A stretch of DNA of 63,252 bases, the filler included, from Octopus bimaculoides (taxonomy: Eukaryota): the NCBI RefSeq assembly GCF_001194135.2. It is 6 parts of 5 records of this genome, joined end to end, with 100 filler letters (N's around TTAATTAATTAA, not from the genome) between each part and the next. Parts side by side here need not be neighbours in the genome. Positions count along the whole stretch, not along the records: positions 1 to 30,750 come from NC_068995.1; 5 more parts are not named here. One strand, given 5' to 3'. The notes under the pieces are model-generated. The model was given only the letters and a program-made list of their open reading frames with translations, was not told the DNA's origin and searched no databases. The translations under genes were made by a program, and so were the position numbers. Below are positions 1 through 14,318 of this stretch, piece by piece (position 1 is the stretch's first letter; every line of letters starts with the position of its first letter).

Positions 1-106
1 ATATAAATATATATATACATATATACAAGCATAAATACATTCACATATATATAAATATATATATACATACAAATTAATATATATAAACTTACAAACTCAT
101 ACACAC

Positions 107-485
107 AGGTGTATGGTAAGAGGCTTGCTTCCAAACTACATGGTTCCGAGTTCAGTCCCACTGCGTGACATTTTGAGTAAGTTTCTTCTACTACTTCGAG
201 CCGACCAGTCTTGTGAGTGGAACTGGTTGACGGAAAGTAAAAGAAACTCGCGGTATACGTGTGTGTGTGTGTGTGTGTACGTATATATATGTATGTGCTG
301 GTACTTGCGTCCTATCATCGCATGATACCCGGTGTTGGTGTGGTTATGGCCTCGCAGCATAACGGCTTGTTAAATGAGGCGATGGAATAAATACCAGGCT
401 TTAAAATTATGCATTGCGATCTATTCGTTTGACTAAAATTCTTCAAGACATTGCTGCAATCTAATAATTGAAGTAAGTAAAAAAT
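107..485 (+). mobile_element. SINE family 1 copy
   Basis: Same head, body and internal (TG)n as 40752-41148. Confidence 0.75.
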
Positions 486-2356
486 ACAGGTAAAAAACAC
501 ACACACACGCACACACACATTTGCCCTTTTCTTCCTTTTTCTTGTCGCATGTATATAAACACACTAAATTTGTCTTTTCTGTCTGTCTGTTTCTGTCTGT
601 CTGTCTCACACTTTTCCCGTATTAATTCTTACACACATTATCTCCTCTACTCTGTCTTTGCATCTGTGTCCATCTATTCTTCTAACAATATAAGCGTAAG
701 ATCTAAGTGTTGATCAGGGTGTCTGATGTTCGCTTGGTAGGAGCCGCCGAGTGTTGCGCCTGGCTGTGAAGAAGGGGAGTATTAAATGCTCTCTCTTCGA
801 TTATGCGCGTGAAATAAAATTGCGGTTATGCGTGGGTAGCTTCTTGCTTTCGTCTGACACATTGTCGACCGATATATTCTCTATGTAGCGACCATATCTA
901 TACCTTGGGATTGGTGAATTGGGAAGTTTTGAAATTAATGCAATCAATACCCGCTTCATGTGTCCATGGCTTTTGAAGTAAGTTAATAAATCTTCAGTCG
1001 TGAGGTGGAGGATAAAGGTCGTGCCAGGATAACTAATGATACAGAATCAAAGGAACGGGTGGTAGAAGGCAGGGCTGACCTGGTGTGAGGGATAGCAGTT
1101 CATAAGATGATGATATTCCTGTTGAAGAGCAGCAGAGACACCAAAGAAATAGGAAACGGATTTGAGTAGGCTATTTTCTCTCTGTCTTTCTCTCTCACTC
1201 AGTCTCTCTGAAAATTTGTATATTTTAATATCTGCCTCTAACTCTGCTTATTTCGCCCTCTCTGATACACTGACCCCTCTCTCGTTATATATATATATAT
1301 TATTCCCCGTTCTAATATTCAACCTCATTTTCCTACATTCGTGTTCGATATTCTATGATATACCCACAATCCTTTACGTTCCGGTAATTTTATGAATTTC
1401 CGTAATAGAGAACTGGCAAGGAGCGAGCCATTAATACATTCTTCTAAGAAATCCCATTATGTCCATATCGTCATTGGTTATTCAACGCAAGTGAATGAAA
1501 TCTCATCAATCCAGTTTAAGCCGTAGTCCTTATCGGCAAGATTACGAAAAAGAATCTGGTGCAACGTTATGATAACAATCGTAATCCTGCTTGCTCTGTA
1601 TGCTAATAAACCAGTTAGATTTGTAATACCGATAACATGCTAACGCAGATTTAGTGGACGTGTTAATGTTACTGAATGCAAAACGAACTAATAACCTGAT
1701 TGCTCTAATTAACACACTGTTTAATAAATAAAATCACTGTCGCAAGCGTTATCAATGTTTTCCTGATTTCTTTGTGAATTCCAGTTATCTCAGAACCTGT
1801 TTGTATTCGCCTTCCATAATGTGACCCTTGTATGTCACGTGTTCAACCATGATGTTCTGTTATTACCGTAACATACGACATTTTCTAATTAACATTCTGC
1901 CATTATTCCATTTGATGATAACTTTGTTGCGTTTGGTACAAAATTTCCAAATATAATACTATGCAATGAGGCATACCCCGTCACATTACTTTAGTATTTC
2001 AGCTGAAATATTCTGCCATTCTTTATCGATTCCATAATTCCGTAATTTATGTGATCCTGTTAGAAGCATGATAAATCGGAAACGACAATTCTTTCACCAT
2101 TTTATGTTTCAGTAAATTTCCGTTTCCAGAAGTGAATCTTCCTAATGTATTTCGTTAAGAAGTTCAGTGCTCACCATAGTTTGACTGGATTATTCCTTTG
2201 TCCGTTTCCTGTCTTATCACATCTTTCTGTTATTCTGCCATATTTTACAATCAACGCCGTCGCATGGCTTCCTAATGAAACCAATGTTTTCACAACAGAA
2301 CAGAAGTTCTCTCGATATGTGTGCGGAGAAAAATCGTTGTACTACCACTTGTTCTA

Positions 2357-2480
2357 CAGGGTGTCCACAATGTCTGGGTACATGGAGTAAATAAAACAAC
2401 ATAAACAATTAAATGTAAGAAATAATAATTTCTTAAAGTATCTGTTAATCCCCATGTACCCAGACTTTGTGGATACCCTG
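2357..2480. mobile_element. 124-bp Tc1/mariner-type MITE
   Basis: 29-bp TIRs cagggtgtccacaatgtctgggtacatgg and ccatgtacccagactttgtggataccctg (2 mismatches), TA on both sides and an AT-rich non-coding core. Confidence 0.88.
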
Positions 2481-2678
2481 TATAGTAATCTGATTGCGGT
2501 GTTGTGTAGATTGAAGGCTGGTTAGTATACGATGTAGTACTTACAAATACGAGCGGTGTTGAATGAAGTGATCCGAGTCCAGTCCGTATAAAACTAAAGG
2601 GTGGGGCTTTCATGAGGACTGGGGTAATAAGGCGGGCATTATGATTGCGTTTATATGAAGCTGTGTGACGTTACATAT

Positions 2679-2785
<107 letters not shown>

Positions 2786-2975
2786 TGTATGGGAAACGTA
2801 GTGTTGATTGATATTCATAGATTGTATGTGTGTGCATGGGTGTGTTTGTGTGGGCATGCGTGCTCAATAACGTCTAATGGTTGGTCGAAAAACAGCACTA
2901 AAGACTTTCTATAGACGAAAGGTTCTGAGATGTTTCCAGTCCATATAAAATGTATATTCCAATTATATATAAATA

Positions 2976-3019
<44 letters not shown>

Positions 3020-3825
3020 TGTATTTATGTATGTATGTATGTGTGTACGCATATAAGTTATATTTTTCTCTCCTTTCTAATGTTTCGTCAAATGCTTTCT
3101 TCTCCTTCGGAGGTTAATACCCTCCAGCTCTCACTTCTCTCTCTCTTCCCCCCTTTTCACTCTCTCCCTCTCTCTCACACACATCTCTCTATTCCGTCTC
3201 AATCTCTCAGCCATCGCATATTTTTACATAATCTAGTTCCCTTCACCATTCCATTCCTTTCCTTCTTTCCACCTCCATCTTACCCCCCCTCTTCTCTCAC
3301 GTGTCTACTTCCTCTATTCCTCCTCTCTCCCCCTTTACTTCTAGTTCAACGTATACCCTCTTCCCCCTCCGCTCACAGCTATAAACAACAACAAAAAAAT
3401 CAATCCAGACAATAATCTCACAGCAAATAAATCTGCAATTTGTTTCTATGTTAATATCATATATTATCGCACATCCCTTGTTATCATGTCATGCTAATAT
3501 ATGAGCTGATATCTAGCTTCTATTAACCATTCTACAATTCTACTGAGTCTAGCAGAGTATTTCGCTGTGGGAGAATACGATATATTGGTTCCAATGACAA
3601 TAAAGATATATATAAAGCAATCTTCTCAATTTATATGATTCGATAACGTTCCGTTTAGACAGTTCACAAATCACGAAGCAATCATAAACGTCTTGCCTCT
3701 TCGTGTTCGGGCGTTCACTAACGCAGTAGGAAATAATTCGACAACCAAGTTTTCAGTTACGCAAAAATGAAAATAAGTCACTTAACAACAACAACAACAA
3801 TAATAATAATGATAATAATAATAAC

Positions 3826-4735
3826 TAGCAGACAAATACGAAAAAGAAGTCATAGTAGCTAACAACTATGAAGAAAAGGAAGAAACAATAAAAACTCTAA
3901 AACAACTGAAATCCAAACTAAAACTGGAACAACAACGGATCAGGATGAAACGATGGCAAGAAAAGTCCCTTCATGGCAAATATTGGGCTAAGCTAAACAG
4001 AAAAGAAATAGACAGTGCAATCTTCCAACAATGGCTGCGAAGCTCACGACTCAAAGCAGAGACTGAAAGATTTTTAACAGCAGCACAAGACCAAAGACTT
4101 CCCACCAGAAATTACCCAAAACACAATGACAAAAAATACCAGTAATTGCAGGATATTTGGAGATGGAGAAGAAACAATAAATCATAATGTCTCTGGATGC
4201 TTGGTCCTGGTTAAGAGGAATATATTCACAGACACGAGAGAGTTGGGATCTATATACACTGGAAGCTATGCAAACATTATGGAAGAGCAACATAAAAAAA
4301 TCTGATATAGGCACACGCCAGAAAAGGTCACAGAAAATGAGAAAGCAACTCGGGGATATGCCAATACGCACAGATAAAGAAATTAGGGCCAATAGAACGG
4401 ATATAGTTGTCAGAGATCACCAAGAAAAAAAAAAACTTTCTAATCGATGTATCAATACTAACAGATAACAAGGTTTATCGAAAAGAAACGGAGAAAATTT
4501 CAGAATACAAAGATCTGGAAATAGAGGTAACTCAAATGTGGAGCCTAAAAACAGAAACAGTTCCTATCATAGTAGGCGCATTAGGTATGGTAAAAAGACA
4601 TTCAGACTAATACATTATAAAAACACCAGGACTTACAAGTAAATATAACATACAGAACATAGTACTACCAGGCACCGCACACATCCTACGTGAAACACTA
4701 TTGATTAGAGACGTTTGCGAATACTTTTCTCTCTG
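3826..4735 (+). mobile_element. 5'-truncated R4/Dong-like RLE non-LTR retrotransposon
   Basis: Fragmented frames: WQEKSLHGKY...LKAETERFLTAAQDQRLPTRNY, a degenerate knuckle CRIFGDGEETINHNVSGC, then DMPIRTDKEIRANRTDIVV, FLIDVSI and KYKDLEIEV-like ...VPIIVGALG. It starts directly after an (AAC)n/(AAT)n array. Confidence 0.88.
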
Positions 4736-5959
4736 TTGGTAACAGCGATAAAATTGTGTACGGATGACAAATATAGACGAAGTAATGACACATACAGGCA
4801 TTGCGATATGAAATAATACAGTTATGACATACCGATAAAGTGATTACATTGAATGCCATGGTGATGTCACGTGAAAATACATGATGAAAGATAGGCATTT
4901 TGAGGAAATATAAAGATATCATAATGATGACATTGAAACATAGTCACGATAAAAATAGATCTAGTGACGACGGAAAAACATTGAGATGATGAGGTAAGGA
5001 TATCACAATAAAGAGGAATGACTCATACAGCAGTCATGACGTATAGAGGTCTATATACAAAGATGATGATAATTGCAGACAGGCTTGCTAATATGACACA
5101 ATGAAAAGCGCTGACACATGAAACATACTAATTGCACATATAGATCGAGTAATGACTGTGTTGATAGATATGCAGAATGAGGACACATTAAAATATTAAT
5201 TATAGAGAAACATGATGACAAATAAAAAAATAATCGTGTTACGTACAGATTTAATCAAGATAACATAAAGTCAAAATAAAAAGTGATGACAAATATAGAT
5301 ATACTGATAACAGATAAGATCTTGCTGATGACAAATAGACATAGTCGTGAGCGCTACCTTAGATGATCGGGCTCAATAGCCATAACGAAATACTTCAATG
5401 AAAGAACCGTTATGTGGTTGTTTGCCCTACTAGAAATATCAGTCGCATTTCCCTCACATTGCAGGCAAGTAACTGAACAAAATAATTCTCATTACATAAT
5501 GAACCTCTAGTTACAAATTTGAAGATGGCTGCAGCGTTATTTGAAATTATAAGTCACAGAAGAATTAAATCGTGTAAGCTATTACTTGCGCAATCTGATA
5601 TTTCTTGCTAATATCTTCTTTCCAGTGGATATAAAAAAAAAAATAATAAAAAACACGCAGCAATTTGTTGGGTTTTTATTTTTATTAATCTCTGATAGAG
5701 ATGGAAATTTGCGATAAGTAAATTCAATGTTATATGGCATATTTCCATCATTAATGAAAAAAAAAAGAGAAAACAGATTCTTAAACGTGATAATGGGGTG
5801 ATGGCGTAAAACTTACAATAAACACAAACTTAGTGTAATAGTAACTGATATTGTCTGGCCTATGCACATAAATTTGGCAACAACGTGTAATAAATTTAAG
5901 GTGGTGTGTAAACAGTGATAAATATAATCTATGTATTATTATTACTATATTATTATTAC

Positions 5960-6026
<67 letters not shown>

Positions 6027-7189
6027 GTTGTTGTTGTTATTATTATTATACAGATAACAGATATTTATATGTGTGTGTGTGTGTGTGTGCTAAGTCTCTT
6101 TCACAGTGGCTATAATGAAGAATATAATATCCGTGTGATATCACCGTTACTGTTATTATATCATTTATTTTATTCACTGCACAGATCTCTGCTAATATAT
6201 TGTACATATTTAAGGTTATTTCGTTCGCCTCAATGAGAATTAAACGGATTCTTGGAGTGTACCAAGCGAGTTCTACATTAGTTGTCTTGCAATGTACTAA
6301 CGGAAGCCTGAGTTGTTGTGCCGAGATTTTGAAAATATACCGGGGTGAGTTATAATAATTGGCTGAAATGAGCCACCGAGCATTACAACAGTTACTTTGG
6401 AACCTAGCGCTGTGAATTACAAGGGTTGTCTTGGAATGTGTCAATGAGAGTAAAACCGATTGTGTCGGAATGTCCCTGTGGCAGTCACAGCTCTGATCAT
6501 GGAAGCACCAGAGAATGCCGTTGCTGCAATTTTGGAATATACCAGTCAGAGCTTCAGTTGTAATCTTCAAAGATACCAATGGCTATCGAACAAAATGCCA
6601 TGTGTTATTTGATTCTTCCTTTCATGTTTTGAGTTCAAATCATTCCTTCTTTTTCCGTCATCGTAGCATGACGAGCGAGACTGAATGATAACATTAAGAT
6701 TTTATCATGGAACATAATGACGGTTTAAACATAGTCAGGACACTTAGCGATGATAGATTGACGATAGATAAAGACCGATATGTAGGCTGATCTGTTTCGT
6801 TTCCATGCAATCTAAAACAAACAAAAAGAAAAAAACTACGCGTTTCTTCATTTTGCCATATTGTGTGTGAGGCATTTTTGGCCGACTGGAAGAGCAAATT
6901 TTAATTGACTGTCCAAATACCTCGGAGAAGTTGTTGCTGGTGAAATTTTAATTGCTATGACACTTAACCTCTTCCTTAAAAATGAAATATTAAATATGCA
7001 AACGACATTGATTTTGTTGGGAGACACTGTCGAATCAAATGTATCATCTCCAATACCTGACAAGTAAAATTTATCGACCCCAATATGTATGGCGACCTTG
7101 ATGGAATTTAAATGTAAAGCACTGTAACTAAATGCGGTGATATTTGTTTAACATTTTCATACAAGACCAACAATTTCACGGGAAGGGCA

Positions 7190-7337
7190 AATCAATTTCA
7201 TTGATCCCGGTTCTGAACTGATACTTATTTTATTGACCTCGAAAGGACTAAAGGCAAAGTCGGCCTCAGCGGAATTTGAACTCAGAACGTAAAGACAGAC
7301 GAAATGCCGCTAACGATTTTGCCATCTCGCCACCTTA
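7190..7337 (-). mobile_element. SINE family 2 copy (other minus-strand copies at ~29745-29857, ~39870-39985 and ~47521-47670)
   Basis: aaaggcaaagtcggcctcagcggaatttgaactcagaacgtaaagacagacgaaat is the reverse complement of the family 2 body. Confidence 0.75.
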
Positions 7338-9340
7338 ACTAAATACGATAATATTGGTTTCTAGATACAGTTGTGCATCAGAATAGGCGAATGGTTAGAA
7401 TATTTCATTGATATGTATTCTATAGACCCGTAAGTCCGAAACACAGAGTGGACCTCCGCGTAATTTCAACTGAAATCGTGTGTGTAATTAAATATATCAA
7501 TATTTAGAAATACGCTCTTCCTATAAATGATTATCACGTGATATTTGCATTATTTCACCGTGAATAGAATGTGCGTTCTTTTACTGGAAAACGCACTCTC
7601 TTGTCTTTTCAGCTTGTTAGCTACTGCTTTATCCACAAAAACAGCACCGCCACTAGTTGTATGAAATACAATATGACCCCGACCGCCAACAACCAGCAGC
7701 TGTTCAAAATTGAAGATTTTGTGGCCACTCGATCTGCTAGGAATAACAGCCAGTTCCTCTTTAAATCACATCAACCTTGTTAATACCAGCCACGCTGGAT
7801 AGCGTTTTTGTAGATATACAGTATCTAAAAACGAGAAAAATAAAACGGAAATCAAAAGCATGATGGTCATAGCTGGAATGTCTTTTTATCATTGTTCTGA
7901 CAAAACAGGGCAGGCTTGGGACTACGAAACAACAATAACAAGAACAACAAAAGCTAATGTTCGTCGGCCATCTTCCTTTCCGTACCCCATCTCCTGTTTG
8001 TACTCTGTTCTGCCGCCACCACCTCTACATTTTTCCATTTATAAAAGCCGATAACTTTGTCAGTCTGTCGAAAAGAAATGGAGAATGAGGTGAAATAAAG
8101 TAATAGAATCTTAATGTGATATCAGCTGATAAAATTTTTATTGCTGTGGCGAAAATAATTATCAAGTCTGATTTTTCTTTAATTCCGAATCAATATTCGG
8201 CGAATCTGATAAATTATTACATGATATCATTTGTCATTTTATTGCTCTTCTTAACCAAATACTTGAAAATAGAATAGCGGCAATTTCGGAGCCAATACTC
8301 TGGCTATAAATAATTTCACACTTTAATTTTCCATTACGTATTTCAGATTGTTGCAAGCTGATACCTAACTGATAGCTCTGCATATTTATAATATTAAGCT
8401 GAAATAATTTCGTTTCACACGAAAGGATAAAACACAGGTAGAAAGTGGCAAACGCTTAAAAGTAATTTGTTTTCCATTGAAATATGTCTGCAGAGCTAAA
8501 AATTTATATTCTTTTATTCAAATTTTACTGGTTTCAGTCATTCGATTTACTGCCAAACCCTAGCACTGCACTGAAATGTTTTCGTTGCTTCTGTTTACTT
8601 ACATATGGTATTTGGGAACGTGTTTAAAAGGTAAAGTCGTTGGCACGGAAGGGAAATAACTGAGACAAATAAAAGGACAACCCTGTGAACGCATATACCA
8701 CACTCTACAAAGCTACACTGGCATACACACATATAAGTACTTACACACACATGTACACATATATACACACACACTCGCAATGACACGTATAAATATACAG
8801 ACCTTTGTAAACAACAATCAGGTGTATTAGTTTAACGCTGGAGAAGTGAGAAAGTCTTAGTGGCTAGCGATCAATCATGGCAAATATATATACGTTTTAT
8901 ATATATATATATATNNNNNNNNNNNNNNNNNNNNNNNNNNNNNNNNNNNNNNNNNNNNNNNNNNNNNNNNNNNNNNNNNNNNNNNNNNNNNNNNNNNNNN
9001 NNNNNNNNNNNNNNNNNNNNNNNNNNNNNNNNNNNNCAAGTCATGCTATTTGATGATCGAAACTGTCTTGCTTAGATGTACACGTATATATGTGTGTATG
9101 TTTATGTATGTATATATGTATTTATTTATATATATATATATGGCTGATAGTTAGCAAGGTGAGACACACGTAAGAAAGAAAGAAACAAAGGACCACTGAT
9201 GAGGTCACAGAAGTGTGACGAAAGAACTCTGGCCGAAATAAGATTAAGATTAATGTAATATAAAGCTGAAGCAAATTAACACCAAATATACAGTGCGTGT
9301 GTTTTTATTGGCTAAACTAGCAATATGACCATCCCCAAGT

Positions 9341-9380
<40 letters not shown>

Positions 9381-11019
9381 ACACATATGTATATATACTT
9401 ATATATTAAATTTATGTACGTTAATACATTCCTGCACGCGCTTACTTCTTGAGTTAAGAAAATATACATTCAACATATGCATGTACATAAATGTAAACTT
9501 GAATGTACGTGTAAGGATGCGTGCGCGCGTTGATTTGAAATGCTTGAACTCAATGCACAACGTATATTGTTATATAAACGATCGTCTTAAAGTATACACA
9601 TTCTAATATATCTTGATTCAAGCCGACGGGGATACAAACTCACGAAATATACATAAACATATACTGAAAGTGTCAAATCCATGATTTATGTTTAGACATA
9701 TATTTGAATGAGTATCGATACCCGGCGTTTCTGCCGGTTTCGTTTATGAAGAAACTTGTTTTTGCTTCAATAACTTTTAATTAAATAAATTTTATTGCTA
9801 TAGAGATATATGCTTTAGTTATATTTTCTGTAGTTCTTATGAAACGTAATACCTGTCAAATTGGGATTTTAATTATGATAGTTTTTTCTCGTATTTTCCG
9901 TACGTCGCGTAATTCTACATTAAGGTGTCACTGATAAAACTGAATCTCTTCTAACGATTATGTTTTTATTCAGCAAGAGGAACTCTGCGATAAAGTGCAC
10001 TTCCTATACTCACTAATTTTTCAAACGATTAAAATATTGAAATAACATAATATTACAAAGTTTAAAATGTTTGTAGTATCATATATAATAAATGATTAGT
10101 GATGGAGATTTCATTTCTTGCCAAAGCCTTATTAAAAATAAATCCTAACACCTGTTGACATAAGCAGACCATATGGTATGTTTATCTAATCACGATATCT
10201 TGGCAACTAATCAAACTTAGATAACCTGTCATATTCTAATGTGTTTGTGAATATGTTAATTTATACATGGTCGCGGTGCTCGCATGATTCAGTTGTTTGA
10301 ATAAACGCTACGGTGAAACTCAGAGAAATGTTTTGAAATGCTTCTGCTTCAAATGCAGTATAAAACTCTTCCTTCGTGTAGTGGGTACTATTTCTTTTAT
10401 TATAAAAAAAATAGACCACTAACTCGCATACACATACACATACCTGTATGCACACACACGCACACACGCATGCACATACACACATGCAGTGTTAGTCGCC
10501 TTAATGCCATTCACCACAGAACATATGTTTAATGTTAAATGTTCTAAACACACTAATGTGTTCACATGAGTAGACGGAATGAAAGCATAAACACGAATTC
10601 TCTTCTAAAATCCAAACCTTACACAATGAAAATACATCTATTTCAAATAAGTATATTTCATTCGCTCCGAAGTACTTTCTGCATGTAATCTGTTTTCTGG
10701 TTGGTCGATTTTTATCCAATTATGAAACCTGTTCAAAGATTCATAAACACTATGAAGAACAGAAATCAGCCAACAAGAGATTTCTTAGAAGGAACTGAAA
10801 GAAGATCAAATGAAAGAACAAAAGTGTAAATAAACTAATTCTTTCTTCTCCTTTCTTTTTTCTCTTACACTTTGCAGTTCCAGTTTCCTCGCTTGTCTCT
10901 CCTGTTGATATTCCTCTTTCTCCTCTGTCTGTCTATCAATTTATCAATCTACGACACAAAGATTATATATATGTATACATATGTGTTTGTGTGTGCGTGT
11001 GTTCTTATAGTCTGTTATT

Positions 11020-11352
11020 TGTTATTTGTTTAAGTTATTTCACTACGGCCTAGCTGGAGCACCGATTTAGTCGAAGATATCGACCTCAGGAATTATTCTT
11101 TGTAAGCGTATTATTTATTCTATCGGTTCCTTTTTGCCGGACTTCTAAGTTACGGGGACGTAAATACACCAACCTCGATTGTCAACAGATGGTGGATGGG
11201 TGTTGAGCAAACACAGACACACACACACACACATATATAAGATGGGCTTCTTTCAATTTCCGTCTATCAAATCCACTTACAAGGATTTGGACGCCCGAGG
11301 TTGTAGTTGGTAATATGCAGTGTGACTGAACTATGTGGTTGGTAAGCAAGCT
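11020..11352 (-). mobile_element. SINE family 1 copy
   Basis: Reverse complement of the family 1 head and 3' module. Confidence 0.75.
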
Positions 11353-12253
11353 ATATGTGTGTATANNNNNNNNNNNNNNNNNNNNNNNNNNNNNNNNNNN
11401 NNNNNNNNNNNNNNNNNNNNNNNNNNNNNNNNNNNNNNNNNNNNNNNNNNNNNNNNNNNNNNNNNACCACAGAGCCATGCCTAAGGAAATCTGTAGATAC
11501 ACATGTGTATGTATTTGTGTATGCACGCATGCGTATGTGAACATACGTGTGTAGTGACCAGCATAAAGAGCAGCTGCTAATTCGGGACGCGTACTATGTT
11601 CTCGATCCTGCACCTAGTCGGTTTATATTATCTGATGTTCCAGACATTGCTTATTTGTGTTTACTGTGTATTCTTATCCATAAGTAGGGTCTTTCTCTCC
11701 GCTAAATTGTTGATTTGTCTAAATCATGAGATTTTATTCCTTCCCTTGTCGTTTGTTTGATGGAGATTGTCTCCATGAAGCTTATGAATATACATTACAG
11801 CGTTTTTGGGCTTCCTCACTGGATTGTATGTCATGAAGGTGAGATCTTCGGTGAGGTGTAAATACGTTGACGAGATCATATTTCCCTGCAAGGCAAGTAA
11901 TACCCGTTTCTTCGCCACCAGGTTTCCGGGCCAGATTCTATGATATCATGTTCAAGTTGAAGGTGAGATGTAAATACGCTGGCGAGAACATATTTTCTTC
12001 CAGATCTCCCTCAAGTCACAGAATATCGCAGAATGTTCCTGACCTTTATTGGAAAATAACGAAAATGAATAGCGACGACTGAAATTTCATCGATCATATA
12101 TCTGCCTGACCATAGTTGACCTAGGGTTATATGACATTAACTTAATAAATGATATCAAATGGAAAATTAAGACGGAGAGAATACGCTTCTTGTTCTTCTT
12201 CTTCTTGTTCTTCTTCTTCTTCTTGTTCTTCTTCTTCTTCTTCTTCTTCTTCT

Positions 12254-12285
<32 letters not shown>

Positions 12286-13901
12286 TCCTTCTTTCTTTGG
12301 GTTTTAAATTCAAATTCTGAAATATAAGATTAACAACGACACTTAGACAAAGGAAACTGAATTTATTTCAATAAAAAAAAATGTTTTAAAAATTGCACAG
12401 AAAAGAATTTAGTGAGAGGATATATTTAATTAAGTTGTTTATATATTAATTAATCTTTCTCAGAGATACAATATATATTAGAAACAGTTATTGCATTTGT
12501 ACACGCACACACACACACACACGTATATGTATGTATGTATGTATGTATGTACATTCATATGTATATATTATTGGGATATATGTAGATATATGTACGAGAT
12601 ATGCGCACAGATACACGTTCATGTATACACACGTAGGCGTGGCAAGTGTATTTCGTGGCTGTGAGCGTGTGTATGGGTTGGCTGTAACCGCCCTATAGTG
12701 TAAATATTGTAAAGTACTACGAAACAAAAGGAATCGAGAAATGACGTTTCAAAGTTTGGAGTACCTCTCAAAGAAAATAAAACCGTCAGCAGAAGAACTG
12801 AAGAGCTCTTTAACACAATAAACCTGTCACAGGCACCAATGAATACCCACTCCCTTTATTGTTATCTATAGAATTCTAAAAGTTTATAATAAAACGAAAC
12901 AACACCAATACAAACAAACAGGACAAATGCCTCAGTCTTTTAACATGATACGTATAAATCTTTAAGACATAGGACTATATAAATAGATTAACTATTTAAT
13001 TATTCAACGAGGTAGTAAATATTTTCTTGTCGTTGAAAAATATACACAACAGAACATGAGAATATAAATACTGAACCATGAAAATGAGGTCTTACAGAAT
13101 AGAAAGAGTTGTAATTACACATTAAAAGGGGGCTGAAACAATTTATGAATCCTCCATACAAATAAATATTTGATATAGAGGAATCTGCAACGGTGTCTCG
13201 ATGTGGTCAGATCATCAGCTAGAATTATTAAAACGAAACCCAAAATGAAAGAATTCATTTGAGATTGTGTTCTTTTGTACATACAGTCTAGAAAAAAAAA
13301 ACGCGGGATAGTGACGGCTTGAACGCCTTTCATCAGAATTCTATTCAATCAAATCTAACCTAGGCTAATCAACCGCAGTTGCAGTAACAAAATCAACATA
13401 AAAATCGGGTATTTGAATAAAATCGATATTAGTTTAAAAGCTTAGTAGTCTGTGAAAAGAAAAATAAATTTATGAAAATCGAAGATGGTGAAGTCCATTC
13501 TTTGTTTTAAAGTTTTCTTATTAACTTAATTCTTACAATTTGAAGCATCAGTTACAGAGAGAAGTCTGTTTGATATAAGTGATCCTCTAGACAGCCATCC
13601 ATTCCACTAGAAACACCAGCCAGATGTCCTTTATATCACAACAGGCTGCTTTAAGGAAACGTGATATCAGATAATGTAATCGCGCATATCCTATCGAGGT
13701 GAAGAGTAGCACAGCTAGAATATAATTCATCTTAGGGCTGCTGGAACAGCATTAACCTAGGGTTAAACAAAATTAAAGAAAAGAAAATTGCAGTAAAAAA
13801 GATAACGTTGTTAGCCAAAGTTTTATTATAGAAGAAGCAAACAAAAACTGAAATTTACAACGAGTTTCCACAAACGGAATTGTAGCGAAACCGACTCTTT
13901 C

Positions 13902-13934
<33 letters not shown>

Positions 13935-14245
13935 NNNNNNNNNNNNNNNNNNNNNNNNNNNNNNNNNNNNNNNNNNNNNNNNNNNNNNNNNNNNNNNNNN
14001 NNNNNNNNNNNNNNNNNNNNNNNNNNNNTATGTATGTATGTATGTATATAAAACAGACATTAATTGAAACCAGAATCAATCTAACTAACTGAATCAAACG
14101 AAATGTTTCTACAAAAGAAATCTACTGCACGCCGGCAATAAAATTGACGAAAGTGAACTAATGAAGATGTATAAATAAAAAATGCTTACTGGGTTACAAC
14201 TAATAGCAGTTTAATGAAAGTTGGATATTTAAGAAATAAGAAGAA

Positions 14246-14318
<73 letters not shown>

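Noticed and set aside
1400-2150. Possible Helitron helicase remnant on the minus strand (WNNGRMLIRK)
   Set aside because: One weak motif only, with no collinear helicase motifs.
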